Assembly (NCBI GenBank): GCA_963835065.1
Contig: CAWIEK010000050.1
Location: forward strand, 96,001 to 160,000
Direction of reading: 5' to 3'
DNA: 64,000 nt
Origin: an uncultured Chthonomonadaceae bacterium
GTDB taxonomy: Bacteria; Armatimonadota; Chthonomonadetes; Chthonomonadales; Chthonomonadaceae
Under the pieces are notes generated by a model. That model was not told the DNA's origin. It saw only the letters and a program-made list of their open reading frames with translations, and did not search any database. Positions within the stretch are counted from its first letter, which is position 1. Each line of letters opens with the position of its first letter. Of this stretch, positions 44,939 to 54,968 are shown piece by piece. The translations under genes and the position numbers were made by a program.

Positions 44939-46962
44939 TTAGGGAAGTTTTTCCAGCACGAGCGTCACAACATCCCAGGCCATGCCGCTGCTTTTCGCGT
45001 TCTTGCCCATCAGCTTGAAGAAGACCTGATTCGGCCCCTCCTTCAATTCCAGTTCTCCCATCGGCAGGAGTTGGCTTCTGTCCCGCGTTTCGGCGTAAAA
45101 ATCGGTGGGTGGCCCGACAGCGTGTTCGTTCTGGAAAAGCTGTACGATCCCCTGCGCGGTTCCGGTCATGGATTCGATGGAAACGCGGTAGCGTCCCGCA
45201 GCAGGTATCGCGCACAAAAACGAAAGCAGATGCTCCCCAAACAGATTGTCGCCATCCGTATGCAGCGAAAGAAAGCGGTTTTCCCTGCCGTTGATTTGCT
45301 CCACTTTCTTGGCAAGGGTGGCATGTTCCATCGAAAAGGCATGAATAGGGCAGATACCAACCGGGCGTAAAGACGAGCCGCTCAGGATCATGCACCGTTC
45401 GCGCCGCCAATGCCGGCAATGTCCACGCGGATGTGGGAGGGTTTTCCAGGTACAGGTAACTGACGCCCACGTAATCCGCGTCGAAATCGTTTCGTTCGGG
45501 CGCGTGTTCCATGTCGAGTTTCAGGCTGTTATGGAAAGCGTAAGCGTCCGTCAGGAACAGGCGGTATGCGCCGCTGCGCGCCTGCGGGCGGCTGTAGTCC
45601 AGGCAGCCGCTCAGGGGATAGGAGGCGCGGGCCTCCCAGCGTCCGGGCACGTCGTACCAGCCGCCGTTAAAGAAATCTTCTGAACCCGTGCCGTGAATGG
45701 TCAGTTCGCCATCCAGATACGCCTGATCGTCGCCCTCAAAGAACGGCGTGATGCCGGGAACCGAACCCTGCGCCTGCAAGGTCACGCCGACAAGATGCCC
45801 GCGCCCCTGCGTTTCCACATAAGTAAACGGCTTGCCCTTGATGGTAGGATTGTCGCGCCGCCAATGGGCATAGAATTTACCTTCGTCCGGTCGGCGCGGC
45901 AGGGAAGCATGGACGATCTCCGCCTGCACTTGCACGGGAACCCCGCCGGAGCGTTCCGAAATTAGTTCAATTTTCGCCGCATGGTCAAACGGCATCGGGA
46001 AATAGCAATAGGCTGTGCCTGCCTCGCTGCCGACAAGGAGCGAGCGGGCGGCGGGATCGCCCCACGAGTAGCCGAAGAAATCCCCCGCCGGACACAGCAC
46101 CGCCGGCTCTTTGGCTCCGTCCCAGGTGATTTTGAGTGTAACGGCTCGGTCTTTACCGGCGAAAGCGGACGCGGGCGACAGGCGAATACCCGCGATACGC
46201 CCGCCCTTTTTGCTTTCAAACAGCGTCACCGTTTTGCCCGGAGCCAGTGATCCGCGCGCTTTTCGTGACCTGTAAGGAGGTTCCTTCCGGGACAACCAGG
46301 GCGCTCACATCCTTGCCGCTCATGCCCAACGCGCGCTGCGCCTGCCGCATAACCGGCCCGCTCATAGCGGGCGCATCCGGCGCAAAGGTTTGGAGGTCGG
46401 TATCGGGCGCATAGGTGGCGTAGTTGATCTGGTAGAACTGCACTTTCGGGGCGCGGATAATGACTTTGCAGGAGACTTTATAAGGAAGCGGCAAATAGCT
46501 GTAAAAGCCGCCGGAGCCGAAGCCGACGAGCGGCGCGTTGAAGGGCGGCTTGCTGCCGTCGAACAACTGCCGGTATTTGCAGGTCACGCGGGGCGTCGTT
46601 TCGCCATCGAAATAGAACTCAATCGGCTCATCGGTGGGCGTGGGCGTCCAGATGCGGGTGATAACGCCGGGGCCTTTCAGGTCGGCAATGACAAGTCCAT
46701 CCCCCTCCTTGCGGACAAAGGAGTACTTGCCGGAAAAGCCGTCATCGTTGCCGCCCGTACGGTCATAACTGGAAATGGAAGCCACTTTGACCGACGTTTT
46801 GAAACGGGGAAGCAGGTCAAGCCGCGTCCATTCGGACAAGCCGTAAACAGCCTCTGAGTCCGCTGCCGCCACTCCTGTCTGCAAGATTAAAAACAGCGCT
46901 GCGAATAGCGCTGCAATTGAAAATAGGCGATTGAAAATACCACACCAACGCATTGAAGCCAT
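44939..46962 (-). CDS. DUF2961 / glycoside hydrolase family 172-like protein, frameshifts near 46262 and 45350
   Basis: SSYDRTGGNDDG, GPGVITRIW, YCYFPMPF, FFEGDD...GTGSEDFFNGGW; signal peptide. Confidence 0.88.
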
Positions 46963-47138
46963 TCTTATCCCCTTCTTACTATGAACGTTCTGCATACCCG
47001 CTCTGTATGTCATTTTACCATGCCGTAATGCTCGCAGGGTCGTTTTGTGCCGCGTTGGGAGATAATCGGATAGGTTTGCCTTTAGTTTGCCTGTGTTTCA
47101 GCCGACATACCGCCATAAACCTTTGTTGGGAGGCGCGT

Positions 47139-47543
47139 ATGCACCTGGCGCACAGATGCCATTCTGCTGTTGACGTGTTCGCGGGCAGACTGGAAGACAA
47201 ACAAATTCACTATGGCCTCGTCTTTGCCCTGCCCGATGGCGGGAGCAGCGCCGATCTAGCCGCTGTTCGCAAATGCGCGGACGTGAACACCGATTCGCGG
47301 CATGGCACGATTAAAGACTGGCATTTGGGAGTGGTGGGGGCTTCGCTGCCGTCCGGTCATGTCGTTCTGCTTGTTCCCCGCACCTGGCTGATCCGGCAGG
47401 GCTATCTTCCCTGGTGGGTACTGTTTTGGCCCTATGGCCGCTTTGCCATTCGCCGTCCAAACGTGTTCCAACAGCACTTCTGGCTGGAATGGCCGGGTGA
47501 GGGGGGCATGGAGGAAATGGAGGCTCAGTTAAAGGCGGCATAA
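47139..47543 (+). CDS. Hypothetical protein
   Basis: ATG preceded by GGAGG; 134 aa; no recognised motif. Confidence 0.5.
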   Translation: MHLAHRCHSAVDVFAGRLEDKQIHYGLVFALPDGGSSADLAAVRKCADVNTDSRHGTIKDWHLGVVGASLPSGHVVLLVPRTWLIRQGYLPWWVLFWPYGRFAIRRPNVFQQHFWLEWPGEGGMEEMEAQLKAA

Positions 47544-47698
47544 CTTTTTCGGGTTGCTGTCGGGTTGGTGTTTGCGAACACCTATCAAACTCGCGGCCAT
47601 CCCCGGCGTCATGCCCTGAACTGGAATCGCGCCCTGAATACAGTGAATATAAGCACAAGCAGGATTTTACGCCGCTGCTGTTCAAGATAGGAGAAAAC

Positions 47699-47833
47699 AG
47701 CCGCGAATGAACGCGAATGGAATACCGGCCCATACGCGATACCTGCTCTGTCGTATGGGGATGCAGGCTCTGCTCAACGGCCTATTCCAATTTCTCTGTG
47801 ACCCCTCTGTGTCTCTGTGTCTCTGTGGTGAAC
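47699..47833. repeat. Short 8/9-mer arrays
   Basis: CCGCGAATGAACGCGAAT and CTCTGTGACCCCTCTGTGTCTCTGTGTCTCTGTGG. Confidence 0.75.
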
Positions 47834-47860
47834 AAATTTCTCAACTCTCAGGAGCCGACC

Positions 47861-48715
47861 ATGCCCCGTTTTGGCTACCATTTCGACCCGCCAATGGCGA
47901 CAATACCGTTGCGGCTGTCGGCGCGTGATTCTGTAACCTTTCAAACCACGCTGCGCAACCCTATGCGGCTGTCGAAAGTGGACATTCCCGACGAAGCGGA
48001 TCAGGAAGCGTATCGCGCCCATGCCGCGCTGTCAATGGCTGCAAGCGGCGCGGCGCAAGCGGAAAATTTGTGGGGCATGGTTCACGCTTCCCTGATTACC
48101 AACATCGCGTCGCCGGACGTTCGTATCCGGCATGGCTCCATCAGCGCGCTTGTCGGGGACGCCAATCTCGCCGCGTCGTTGGGAATGGCGGGCGTGTGCT
48201 TTCACGGCGGTTACCAGAAGGGACACGATTCGCGGGAAGCGGCTCTGGACGCGCTGGCGGTCAAACTCAAAGATGTGCTTGCCAAACTGGAACACGGCGC
48301 GTCCGTGTGGCTGGAAAACGGCTGCGAGGGAACGGAATTAGGGCAAACGATAGCGGAAATCGGCCAGGTTGTGCAGGCCGTTCGCCCCGACCCGGCAAAG
48401 TTCGGAATTGTGCTGGACACCTGCCACCTGCACGTTGCCGGCTTCGATCTTGCTGCCCCGGATGCTCCACAACGCCTCGCCGATGAACTCGAAAGCAATG
48501 GCCTGACTTCCTACCTGCGCGCCTTGCACCTCAACGACGCCCGCGAAGCCTGCGGCAGCCACCGGGACCGCCACGCTACCCCCGGCGACGGCACAATTGG
48601 CGAAGGTCTGCGCCACTTGTGCCGCCATCCTTTATTTGCCCCACTTCCCGCCATTCTCGAACTTGGTTCGGAAGACGCAACGCGCGGCATCGCCTACTTA
48701 CAAGAACAAATTTAA
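47861..48715 (+). CDS. nfo: Endonuclease IV (AP endonuclease 2 family)
   Basis: Zn-ligand motifs VHAS.ITNIAS, FHGG, LENG, LDTCH, HLND, DRH, ILE. Confidence 0.8.
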   Translation: MPRFGYHFDPPMATIPLRLSARDSVTFQTTLRNPMRLSKVDIPDEADQEAYRAHAALSMAASGAAQAENLWGMVHASLITNIASPDVRIRHGSISALVGDANLAASLGMAGVCFHGGYQKGHDSREAALDALAVKLKDVLAKLEHGASVWLENGCEGTELGQTIAEIGQVVQAVRPDPAKFGIVLDTCHLHVAGFDLAAPDAPQRLADELESNGLTSYLRALHLNDAREACGSHRDRHATPGDGTIGEGLRHLCRHPLFAPLPAILELGSEDATRGIAYLQEQI

Positions 48716-48973
48716 CCGCAAAGGAGCAAAGACCGCAAAGAGGAGAGAAGAAGAAAAGAAGAAAAGAAGAATGGGAACCGCGAAACACGCGAACTAAACG
48801 AAAAGGAAATGCAAAAACAACAAAAAGGGAATAGACAGGATTAACGGGATTAGAAGGATTAAACAGGATTACGAACCGAGAACTGAAGCCTGCTTATTCT
48901 GAACAGGCGGCATCTGGAGATTTGCCCGTGTTCTTTTCGTCATTTTTCGTTTATTTCGCGTGTTTTGCGGTTC
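48713..48973. repeat. Composite repeat, left copy (modules X-Y-Z ... Y')
   Basis: X = AACCGCAAAGGAGCAAAGACCGCAAAG; Y = GAACCGCGAAACACGCGAACTAAACGAAA; Z = GACAGGATTAACGGGATTAGAAGGATT; inverse Y at 48945-48973. Confidence 0.92.
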
Positions 48974-49459
48974 TCATTCTGCTTCAGACTGCTCTTCCAG
49001 CATGGCTTCCAGTTCCGCCAGCGCTTCCAGGTCTTTGGGACGCCCAACCGACCGCTTCACAAAAATCAGGCGATTCAGTCCGAGACAATGACAACGCACT
49101 CCAAAAACGTCCAGAAGTACGCTGTAAGGCAACAAATCTTCATACCCACCGCCTGCCGTGATCTCGCCGAGCAGATCAATCTCGCCAAGCGTAGTTGTCA
49201 GCGTAAAATTCAGCCCGTTGCGGATCGTTTGTCCATCCAGATGAAAAGGCAGTCCCGGCGGCAGTCCACGCAGATAGGGTTCATAAGGCGCGAGCGCGGC
49301 AGCCAGGCGATTGGCGTTTTCCATACTGCGACGGTATACAATATCCAGGTCAAGTGTCAGCCTGCTGGCTCCGTGCGCGGTTGCCGCCGCTCCGCCAATG
49401 ATGACGTACTCGACACCGCCCTCCGTCAGTGCCTGTAAAAGCGCGCGAAAGTTGGTCAT
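48974..49459 (-). CDS. Nucleotidyltransferase (putative TA toxin)
   Basis: YVIIGGAAATAHGASRLTLDLDI, EIDLL, KRSVGRPKDL. Confidence 0.85.
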   Translation of the reverse strand: MTNFRALLQALTEGGVEYVIIGGAAATAHGASRLTLDLDIVYRRSMENANRLAAALAPYEPYLRGLPPGLPFHLDGQTIRNGLNFTLTTTLGEIDLLGEITAGGGYEDLLPYSVLLDVFGVRCHCLGLNRLIFVKRSVGRPKDLEALAELEAMLEEQSEAE

Positions 49460-49644
49460 GGCCTTCTCCGCGCCTCGCGTCCCGCGCGCTGCAATTCTTC
49501 CGCAAAGCGTTGCAGCTCCATCAGGCGCTCGAAACGCTCTTCTACCGTGCGCTTCATGTTTTCTCGAATCAGGGTTCGATCTATATCCTTCTTGTAGGCT
49601 TCGATAACGGGATCAGGGGGAAAGGGAAACGGTTGTTTTGCCAT
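49456..49644 (-). CDS. Small helical protein, putative antitoxin
   Basis: 62 aa, DIDRTLIRENMKRTVEERFERL; ATGA overlap with the nucleotidyltransferase gene. Confidence 0.7.
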   Translation of the reverse strand: MAKQPFPFPPDPVIEAYKKDIDRTLIRENMKRTVEERFERLMELQRFAEELQRAGREARRRP

Positions 49645-49772
49645 GTGCGTTGTTCTCTTTTCCTTCGGCGCTTTGTCCACGACGAAATAACGGCACTATA
49701 TACTCGACTTGAAGCAGGCACAATTAGTGCCCTCCTGAACCCGTTGGAACCTTCGCTCCTCTTGCCAAATTA

Positions 49773-50103
49773 TACCGCAAAGAGGAAAAAAAGGAGAAAA
49801 AAAGAAAAGGAGAAAAGGAGAGGGGAACCGCGAAACACGCGAACTAAACGAAAGGAAATGCAAAAACAACAAAAAGGAAATAGACAGGATTAACGGGATT
49901 AGAAGGATTAAACAGGATTATCAACGGACAGGCGCGTCTGACTGTTCTTGAATCCGCGTTTATCCGTTTCATCCATTTTATCTGTGGTTTGCTTTTGGCT
50001 CTTTTTTCGTTTAGTTCGTGTGTTTCGCGGTTTCTAATCTCCCATCTCCTTTTCTTCTTTTCTTCTTTTCTTCTCTTTGCGGTTTTTACTCCTTTGCGGT
50101 TTG
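49773..50103. repeat. Composite repeat, right copy (X-Y-Z ... Y'-X')
   Basis: 49823-49920 matches 48773-48871 with 2 differences; 50004-50103 is an imperfect reverse complement of 48713-48805. Confidence 0.92.
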
Positions 50104-50544
50104 CGTTTCCCATTCGCCGAAGGTATGGCGTTCCTGTTCGGCATAAGCGCGCATTAGTTGCAGGGCATCGGGTGTGTCAATGGGGCGGGGCACTTTGGCA
50201 ATGGGGCAGGGCATCCATTCGACGTGGCCGAGCAGCCGGCAGGCAAGCGGGCGAACGGGGTACACGGCGCAGAAGCGCGTTCGCATGTCGAAGTAGCGGC
50301 ACATTTGCACGGTCACGTCGTCGCCTAAGTCAACGGTTTTGTCCTGCGCGAGAACATTCTCAAGATGGCGGCGTTCAGATGGAGGCATTGCAGCAAGATG
50401 CGATTGCAGCGCGTCCCATTCGTCTGAGGACGCGGGCACGTCGTGGGCGCAGCGCAGGTGACAGGCATCACAGCCATTGCAGACTTCAAGCTGCATTTGC
50501 TGCTCACAAGTGGTCTTTAATTCGATATAAGTAAGAATTGGCAT
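50086..50544 (-). CDS. YkgJ family cysteine cluster protein
   Basis: CNGCDACHLRC, CRYFD...CAVYPVRPLACRLLG...C. Confidence 0.85.
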   Translation of the reverse strand: MPILTYIELKTTCEQQMQLEVCNGCDACHLRCAHDVPASSDEWDALQSHLAAMPPSERRHLENVLAQDKTVDLGDDVTVQMCRYFDMRTRFCAVYPVRPLACRLLGHVEWMPCPIAKVPRPIDTPDALQLMRAYAEQERHTFGEWETQTAKE

Positions 50545-50663
50545 AATTGCGTTGACAGGCTGGAAGTTACTTGAAAATCAGGTGTCTCCTCCTACAGCCA
50601 GTATACCACTGCTTTTGGAGCGTTCTCATACTCTTCGTGGGAACGGATGTTGTGAGCGAAGTT

Positions 50664-53381
50664 ATGAAAAGTCTTGTATCCATTACGCGCAGCCGACACG
50701 AGTTGACCGTGACAACGTTGTGTGTTGAATTGCCCGACGCGGCGCTGCTTGAAACGCTTGAAAAAGCCGAGTTGCTGGATTTTGGCGCGTGTCATTCTCT
50801 GCAAACATCCGCTTTGAACGCCTGTGATGTGGCTTTGAGTGAGCGGCAAAAGCAGTTAGGGCGTTCGTGGCAGGCCTTGGAAAGCGTTGCCGCGCCGAAT
50901 GTGGAAACCTTGTTTCATGTTTGCGTCGCGCTGCTGGAAACCGTTGTCGGGACAGAAGAAAATCCCGATTTGCCGCCGTTGCTGACATGGCATCGGGAAA
51001 CTGTCGCGCCGCCCCGCAGGCCGACAGCGGCGCACCCCCGCGCTTACAAAGGAACAAAAGTTCAGCCGCCCAAATTGCCCCTGCCCCAAACTGTAAATTT
51101 GCGCCCCTATCTGCGCGACCACCATAGCGTTCGCCTCGTACTCACGCGCTTGCGTCCGTTTTGGAATGAGGCTGCGCTTCGATTACAGCGCTTCGGGTAT
51201 GAACCGGCGCGTTTGAAAGTGTTGGGAATGGCGGCACAAGCGGGCAATGACGCTGACTCCGCTATCAGCGCAATTCTCGCTGCCGAAGGGGAGGCAAGCC
51301 GGCTGCCCGCTAAGTTTCGGCGCGTTCTTCTGCCATTGCTGCAAGGATGGGAACGGGCGCAGGTAACAGCGTATCTGGCTTTATACTGGAAACTGCAATT
51401 GAACGCGGACGAGACGTTGTTGAGCGTGTTGGCGCATCTGGTTCAGCAGCAAAACGACGACGTGACGCTTGCATGGGGTGAAGTTCTCGCCCAATTAGCA
51501 ACAGAATGGCGTGTTACGTTCGCCTGCCTGCTGATATTTACGCGGGCGTACCGGCTTGCCCCACGCGCGCTCTCGCCCGCCGTATTGAAGGCATTTGAGA
51601 GTATGGAGGCGCAGCCATACCCAGTGTATCGTTTGTACTGCCTGCTGCTCGGACTGGCGCGGAATGTAGATGGCGATTACCTGCTGGCAGGATTTGCAGT
51701 CGCCAACGAAACTTACCCGAAACACCGTTTTTATGATGTGGAGCGAAGCGGCCCGTACCCTGTGGAAGCGGCAGAGCGTTGTGTCGCGCATATCCGCCCT
51801 ACTTTTAGCGGGCGATATGAAGACACGCCGTTGCTTATATGGGAAGCCTGCGGAGCGTTGCCGGGTTTTGACCGGATGTTAGCAGAAACGGGTTGGAGCG
51901 CGTATTCGCCGGATGTAGCCCGCAAGTATGTACGGTTGTTCTTGAGCGTACTCTGGCAGGATGGAACAATTGCGCAGAAAACCGACTGTTGGCTGTGGCT
52001 TCGGCAGATCAAACCCCGTTTGGATTTGCTGCTGGAACATACGCGCGAGGAGTACCGGGGCAAATGCCTGGGTATCTTAAACGAGTGCGCGTGGGAGTGG
52101 GGTGAAACGCCCCAAACGCGGAAGCGTCTGACAAACGCGCTTGCCTTGATCGAACGGGTTTGTCGCCCGCCCCTGCGCCAGCGTTCCGGCACGGCGCGCG
52201 CAATAGCTATTTTGGCGCGGCATCTGGAGGACGCGGCCTGTATGCAGATAGTGTTCGCGCCGGACTCCAGTTTCCTGCGCCTGGAGGAAGCCTGCGCGCG
52301 GGAAAACAGCGCGACGCTGGTGGAAGCGGGCATGGAAACGCTGGCGCGGCATACAGCGGATTGGATGGCGAAGGCGTTTGCCCGGTATGCGGCGAAATTG
52401 TGCCGCATAACCCGATTGCTCGGCTGCTTTTCCGACGCGATGCGGGCGGAAGTTGTACGCGATTATGCGCGGTGGCTTTGTTCGCAGCCGAATGTTACGC
52501 CTATGGAATTGACGGATGCCTGCGCGTTTGCTGAAGCAAGCGGAAGCGCCTGCGGCCAGAATTTTGTTCCGCGCGCCCTGCGGGAGCATCTTGCGCAAAC
52601 CCGGCTGTTAAGCGCGGAGCGGCTGGCGCATTACCGCCGGGAAATGGAAGACCGCCTGCTGCTGGCGCAACTGGAAACGCTGGAGCAGAACGATTTGCAG
52701 GCAATGTGTTCCGGATTTGAAGACGCGGTTGATTTGGAGGCTCCGCCGGAGGGAGGCAATGCCGCCGTTCATCATGCCATGCAGATGCGCTGTCATATTA
52801 CCGATAATCGGCGGGGATTCCGTAAATTTCTGCGGGCGTATCTGAGCGGGGATAAGCATTATCTGCAACAGCATCCTTGTTCGCAGGCATGGTTTCGGCG
52901 GCATCCCCGCGTCACCCCTGAGATTTGGCTGCAAGGAATTAAACTTCCCGCCGTTTGCATCGAAGGGATTGGAACCGTTCACATCGGCGTGGAAACGGAA
53001 CCATTGGAAGCATTGCGGATGGGAACGCATGTCGGAAGCTGCCTGGGCATCGGCGGCGCTTTTGCCCATTCCGCCGTCGCCAACATGCTTGACATCAACA
53101 AGCAGGTGGTGTATGCGCGCGATGAAGCCGGGCGCGTCGTGGCGCGGCAACTGATAGTGGTTTCCGAAGAGGAGCAGTTGGTATGCTACGGCGTGTACCC
53201 GGATGCATCCAGCCGCGCGCTGCAAGGCTTGTTTCGGGACTATGACCGGCAATGGGCAAGCGCGCTTGGCCTGGAATTGTTTCGCGCCGAAGAAGATGCG
53301 GAGTACACCATTGCCCACGTATTATCGCAGCGCTGGTGGGACGATTACGCCTGGAACTTAAAAGTCAACGATGCGCCATAA
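50664..53381 (+). CDS. Large hypothetical protein (helical body, conserved-looking C-terminal alpha/beta domain)
   Basis: Intact ORF of about 900 aa; EPLEALRMGTHVGSCLG...ANMLDINKQVVYARDEAGRVVARQLI; start uncertain (50571-50664). Confidence 0.75.
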   Translation: MKSLVSITRSRHELTVTTLCVELPDAALLETLEKAELLDFGACHSLQTSALNACDVALSERQKQLGRSWQALESVAAPNVETLFHVCVALLETVVGTEENPDLPPLLTWHRETVAPPRRPTAAHPRAYKGTKVQPPKLPLPQTVNLRPYLRDHHSVRLVLTRLRPFWNEAALRLQRFGYEPARLKVLGMAAQAGNDADSAISAILAAEGEASRLPAKFRRVLLPLLQGWERAQVTAYLALYWKLQLNADETLLSVLAHLVQQQNDDVTLAWGEVLAQLATEWRVTFACLLIFTRAYRLAPRALSPAVLKAFESMEAQPYPVYRLYCLLLGLARNVDGDYLLAGFAVANETYPKHRFYDVERSGPYPVEAAERCVAHIRPTFSGRYEDTPLLIWEACGALPGFDRMLAETGWSAYSPDVARKYVRLFLSVLWQDGTIAQKTDCWLWLRQIKPRLDLLLEHTREEYRGKCLGILNECAWEWGETPQTRKRLTNALALIERVCRPPLRQRSGTARAIAILARHLEDAACMQIVFAPDSSFLRLEEACARENSATLVEAGMETLARHTADWMAKAFARYAAKLCRITRLLGCFSDAMRAEVVRDYARWLCSQPNVTPMELTDACAFAEASGSACGQNFVPRALREHLAQTRLLSAERLAHYRREMEDRLLLAQLETLEQNDLQAMCSGFEDAVDLEAPPEGGNAAVHHAMQMRCHITDNRRGFRKFLRAYLSGDKHYLQQHPCSQAWFRRHPRVTPEIWLQGIKLPAVCIEGIGTVHIGVETEPLEALRMGTHVGSCLGIGGAFAHSAVANMLDINKQVVYARDEAGRVVARQLIVVSEEEQLVCYGVYPDASSRALQGLFRDYDRQWASALGLELFRAEEDAEYTIAHVLSQRWWDDYAWNLKVNDAP

Positions 53382-53804
53382 CTAAACTCAGACGCGCTGT
53401 TTTCAAAAACAACAAGAGGAACAGCGCCAAACGCGCCGGTTGAAAAACCGGTGTTTCATCGCGCATGGCGGCATTTACAGCCTACATGGGCGACTTTTTT
53501 TAATGTATCCGCGGAAAATGAACATACGGAGGGGAAAAGGCGTCCTACATACATAGAAAAAAAGCAAACAGCCAAAAAAAATTACTAGTTTTTCGACTGT
53601 TAGCCGAAAAATGGGAAATACCTGTGTTACAATGGAAAGTGTAGTTTGTCCGACCATTTGTGTCGTTATTCTCCCCGCCCGGAAGTTGCTAGCCCCGATG
53701 CCCGATGAAATCCATGCCGATTTTCTCAATGTGCTTTTCGTAGGTTTTTCTCGTTTACTGTTGTATAAATTTACATTAGAATCGAGGCTGGTTTCATCCA
53801 TTCT

Positions 53805-54431
53805 ATGATCGATCAGCGTTATCTAAACAATACCGCGCTAACAGACGCTCCTCCCCTCTCTCACACTCTTGTTTTGCGCGCCAAAAGCGATGGCTACCAC
53901 ATCTATCCAACCGGAACCCTCAATAAGTATGGGAGTGTCTTGATTGTCAGTTCCAGTGATGCCGATGAAGTCCGCAGCCTCGTTGAATTTGATGTAGCTT
54001 CCTTGCCGGACTCCGCCACTATTACGCGGATTACCCTGCAACTGCATGTTGTGGAGTGCCGGCTTGCCAATGCCGAGGACGCCATGACGCTGTGCTGTTA
54101 CGGCTATATCGGGGACGGCCACGTCACGGCGGATGATGCCAGCGCCGGAATTTTTGCCGGCGGAATTTCCCTGGACGACGCGCGACTGAGCGGCTTGATC
54201 AGCGTGGACATTGCCCCGGAGTTTGTGCAGCGCGCAAAGGAAGCCGGTTATGTCGGCTTTCGCCTGCAAACAAGCGCTTCGGACACCAGCACGTTCTCGA
54301 ATTGCCTTGTCCTGCGCTCCCTGGAGAACATCAACCCCGATTCCACTCCCCTGCTGTTCCTGGATTATGCTGTTGAAGAGATTGTGGGAGATACCTGTAT
54401 TGTCGCCACACGCCCTGATATGGCTCCGTAG
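53805..54431 (+). CDS. Hypothetical beta-sandwich (DNRLRE-like) protein
   Basis: RSLVEFDVASLPDSATITRITLQLHV and a terminal P.L.LDY strand. Confidence 0.6.
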   Translation: MIDQRYLNNTALTDAPPLSHTLVLRAKSDGYHIYPTGTLNKYGSVLIVSSSDADEVRSLVEFDVASLPDSATITRITLQLHVVECRLANAEDAMTLCCYGYIGDGHVTADDASAGIFAGGISLDDARLSGLISVDIAPEFVQRAKEAGYVGFRLQTSASDTSTFSNCLVLRSLENINPDSTPLLFLDYAVEEIVGDTCIVATRPDMAP

Positions 54432-54440
54432 GGGCGTCCG

Positions 54441-54522
54441 GGTTAGTAGGGTTTTAAGGTTCTAGGGTTTTAGGTGGTTAGGGTATTCAGGTGTTCAGGT
54501 ATTCGGTGTTCGGGTATTCAGG
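54441..54522 (+). repeat. Fused TTTTAGGG and GGTATTCA octamer arrays
   Basis: TAGGGTTTTAAGGTTCTAGGGTTTTAGG runs directly into GGTATTCAGGTGTTCAGGTATTCGGTGTTCGGGTATTCAGG. Confidence 0.88.
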
Positions 54523-54633
54523 CAGTTGAATACGCGCATGTTCCGATACGTATGGCGCGTTTTCATTATGCGCAGGCGGCATTGCGTGTAAGGGCGGATT
54601 ACACGCGGTTGTTCGCCAACTGCCGGGCAGAGT

Positions 54634-54921
54634 TCAGGCGGGAGCATTCGTATCGCGGGACAGTACGCGGCGAATCGGGATGTTGGCTACCAGCGCAACC
54701 GTGTCTCCCTCCGCGCAGTCCAGATTCACTTCCAGTGCTTCCTCGTCTATATCCAGATGCTTGCGCAGCACCAGCAAAATGTCGCGCCGAATCTCCTCTA
54801 TCACAGCAGGAGGTATGTCGGCGCGGTCGTGCATCAGCACCAGCCGCAGGCGGTCTTTGGCAATGGATTTCGCGGTTTTTTCGTTTTTGCCGAAAAGACG
54901 GTCAAAGAAACTAAGAGGCAT
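54634..54921 (-). CDS. minE: Cell division topological specificity factor
   Basis: AKDRLRLVLMHDR...LVANIPIRR. Confidence 0.95.
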   Translation of the reverse strand: MPLSFFDRLFGKNEKTAKSIAKDRLRLVLMHDRADIPPAVIEEIRRDILLVLRKHLDIDEEALEVNLDCAEGDTVALVANIPIRRVLSRDTNAPA

Positions 54922-54968
54922 CGTCGGGTTCCTTCCTGAAAGGTTTGAATTTGAAATCGTATGCGGAC

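Noticed and set aside
48713..50103. CRISPR array or composite transposon
   Set aside because: No regular repeat-spacer periodicity, no cas genes and no transposase.
48576..50113. Lys/Arg- or Phe-rich ORFs over the composite repeats
   Set aside because: Translations of purine-rich repeat DNA.
53400..53800. Replication origin in the AT-rich gap
   Set aside because: No cluster of DnaA boxes or iterons seen; more likely a regulatory region.
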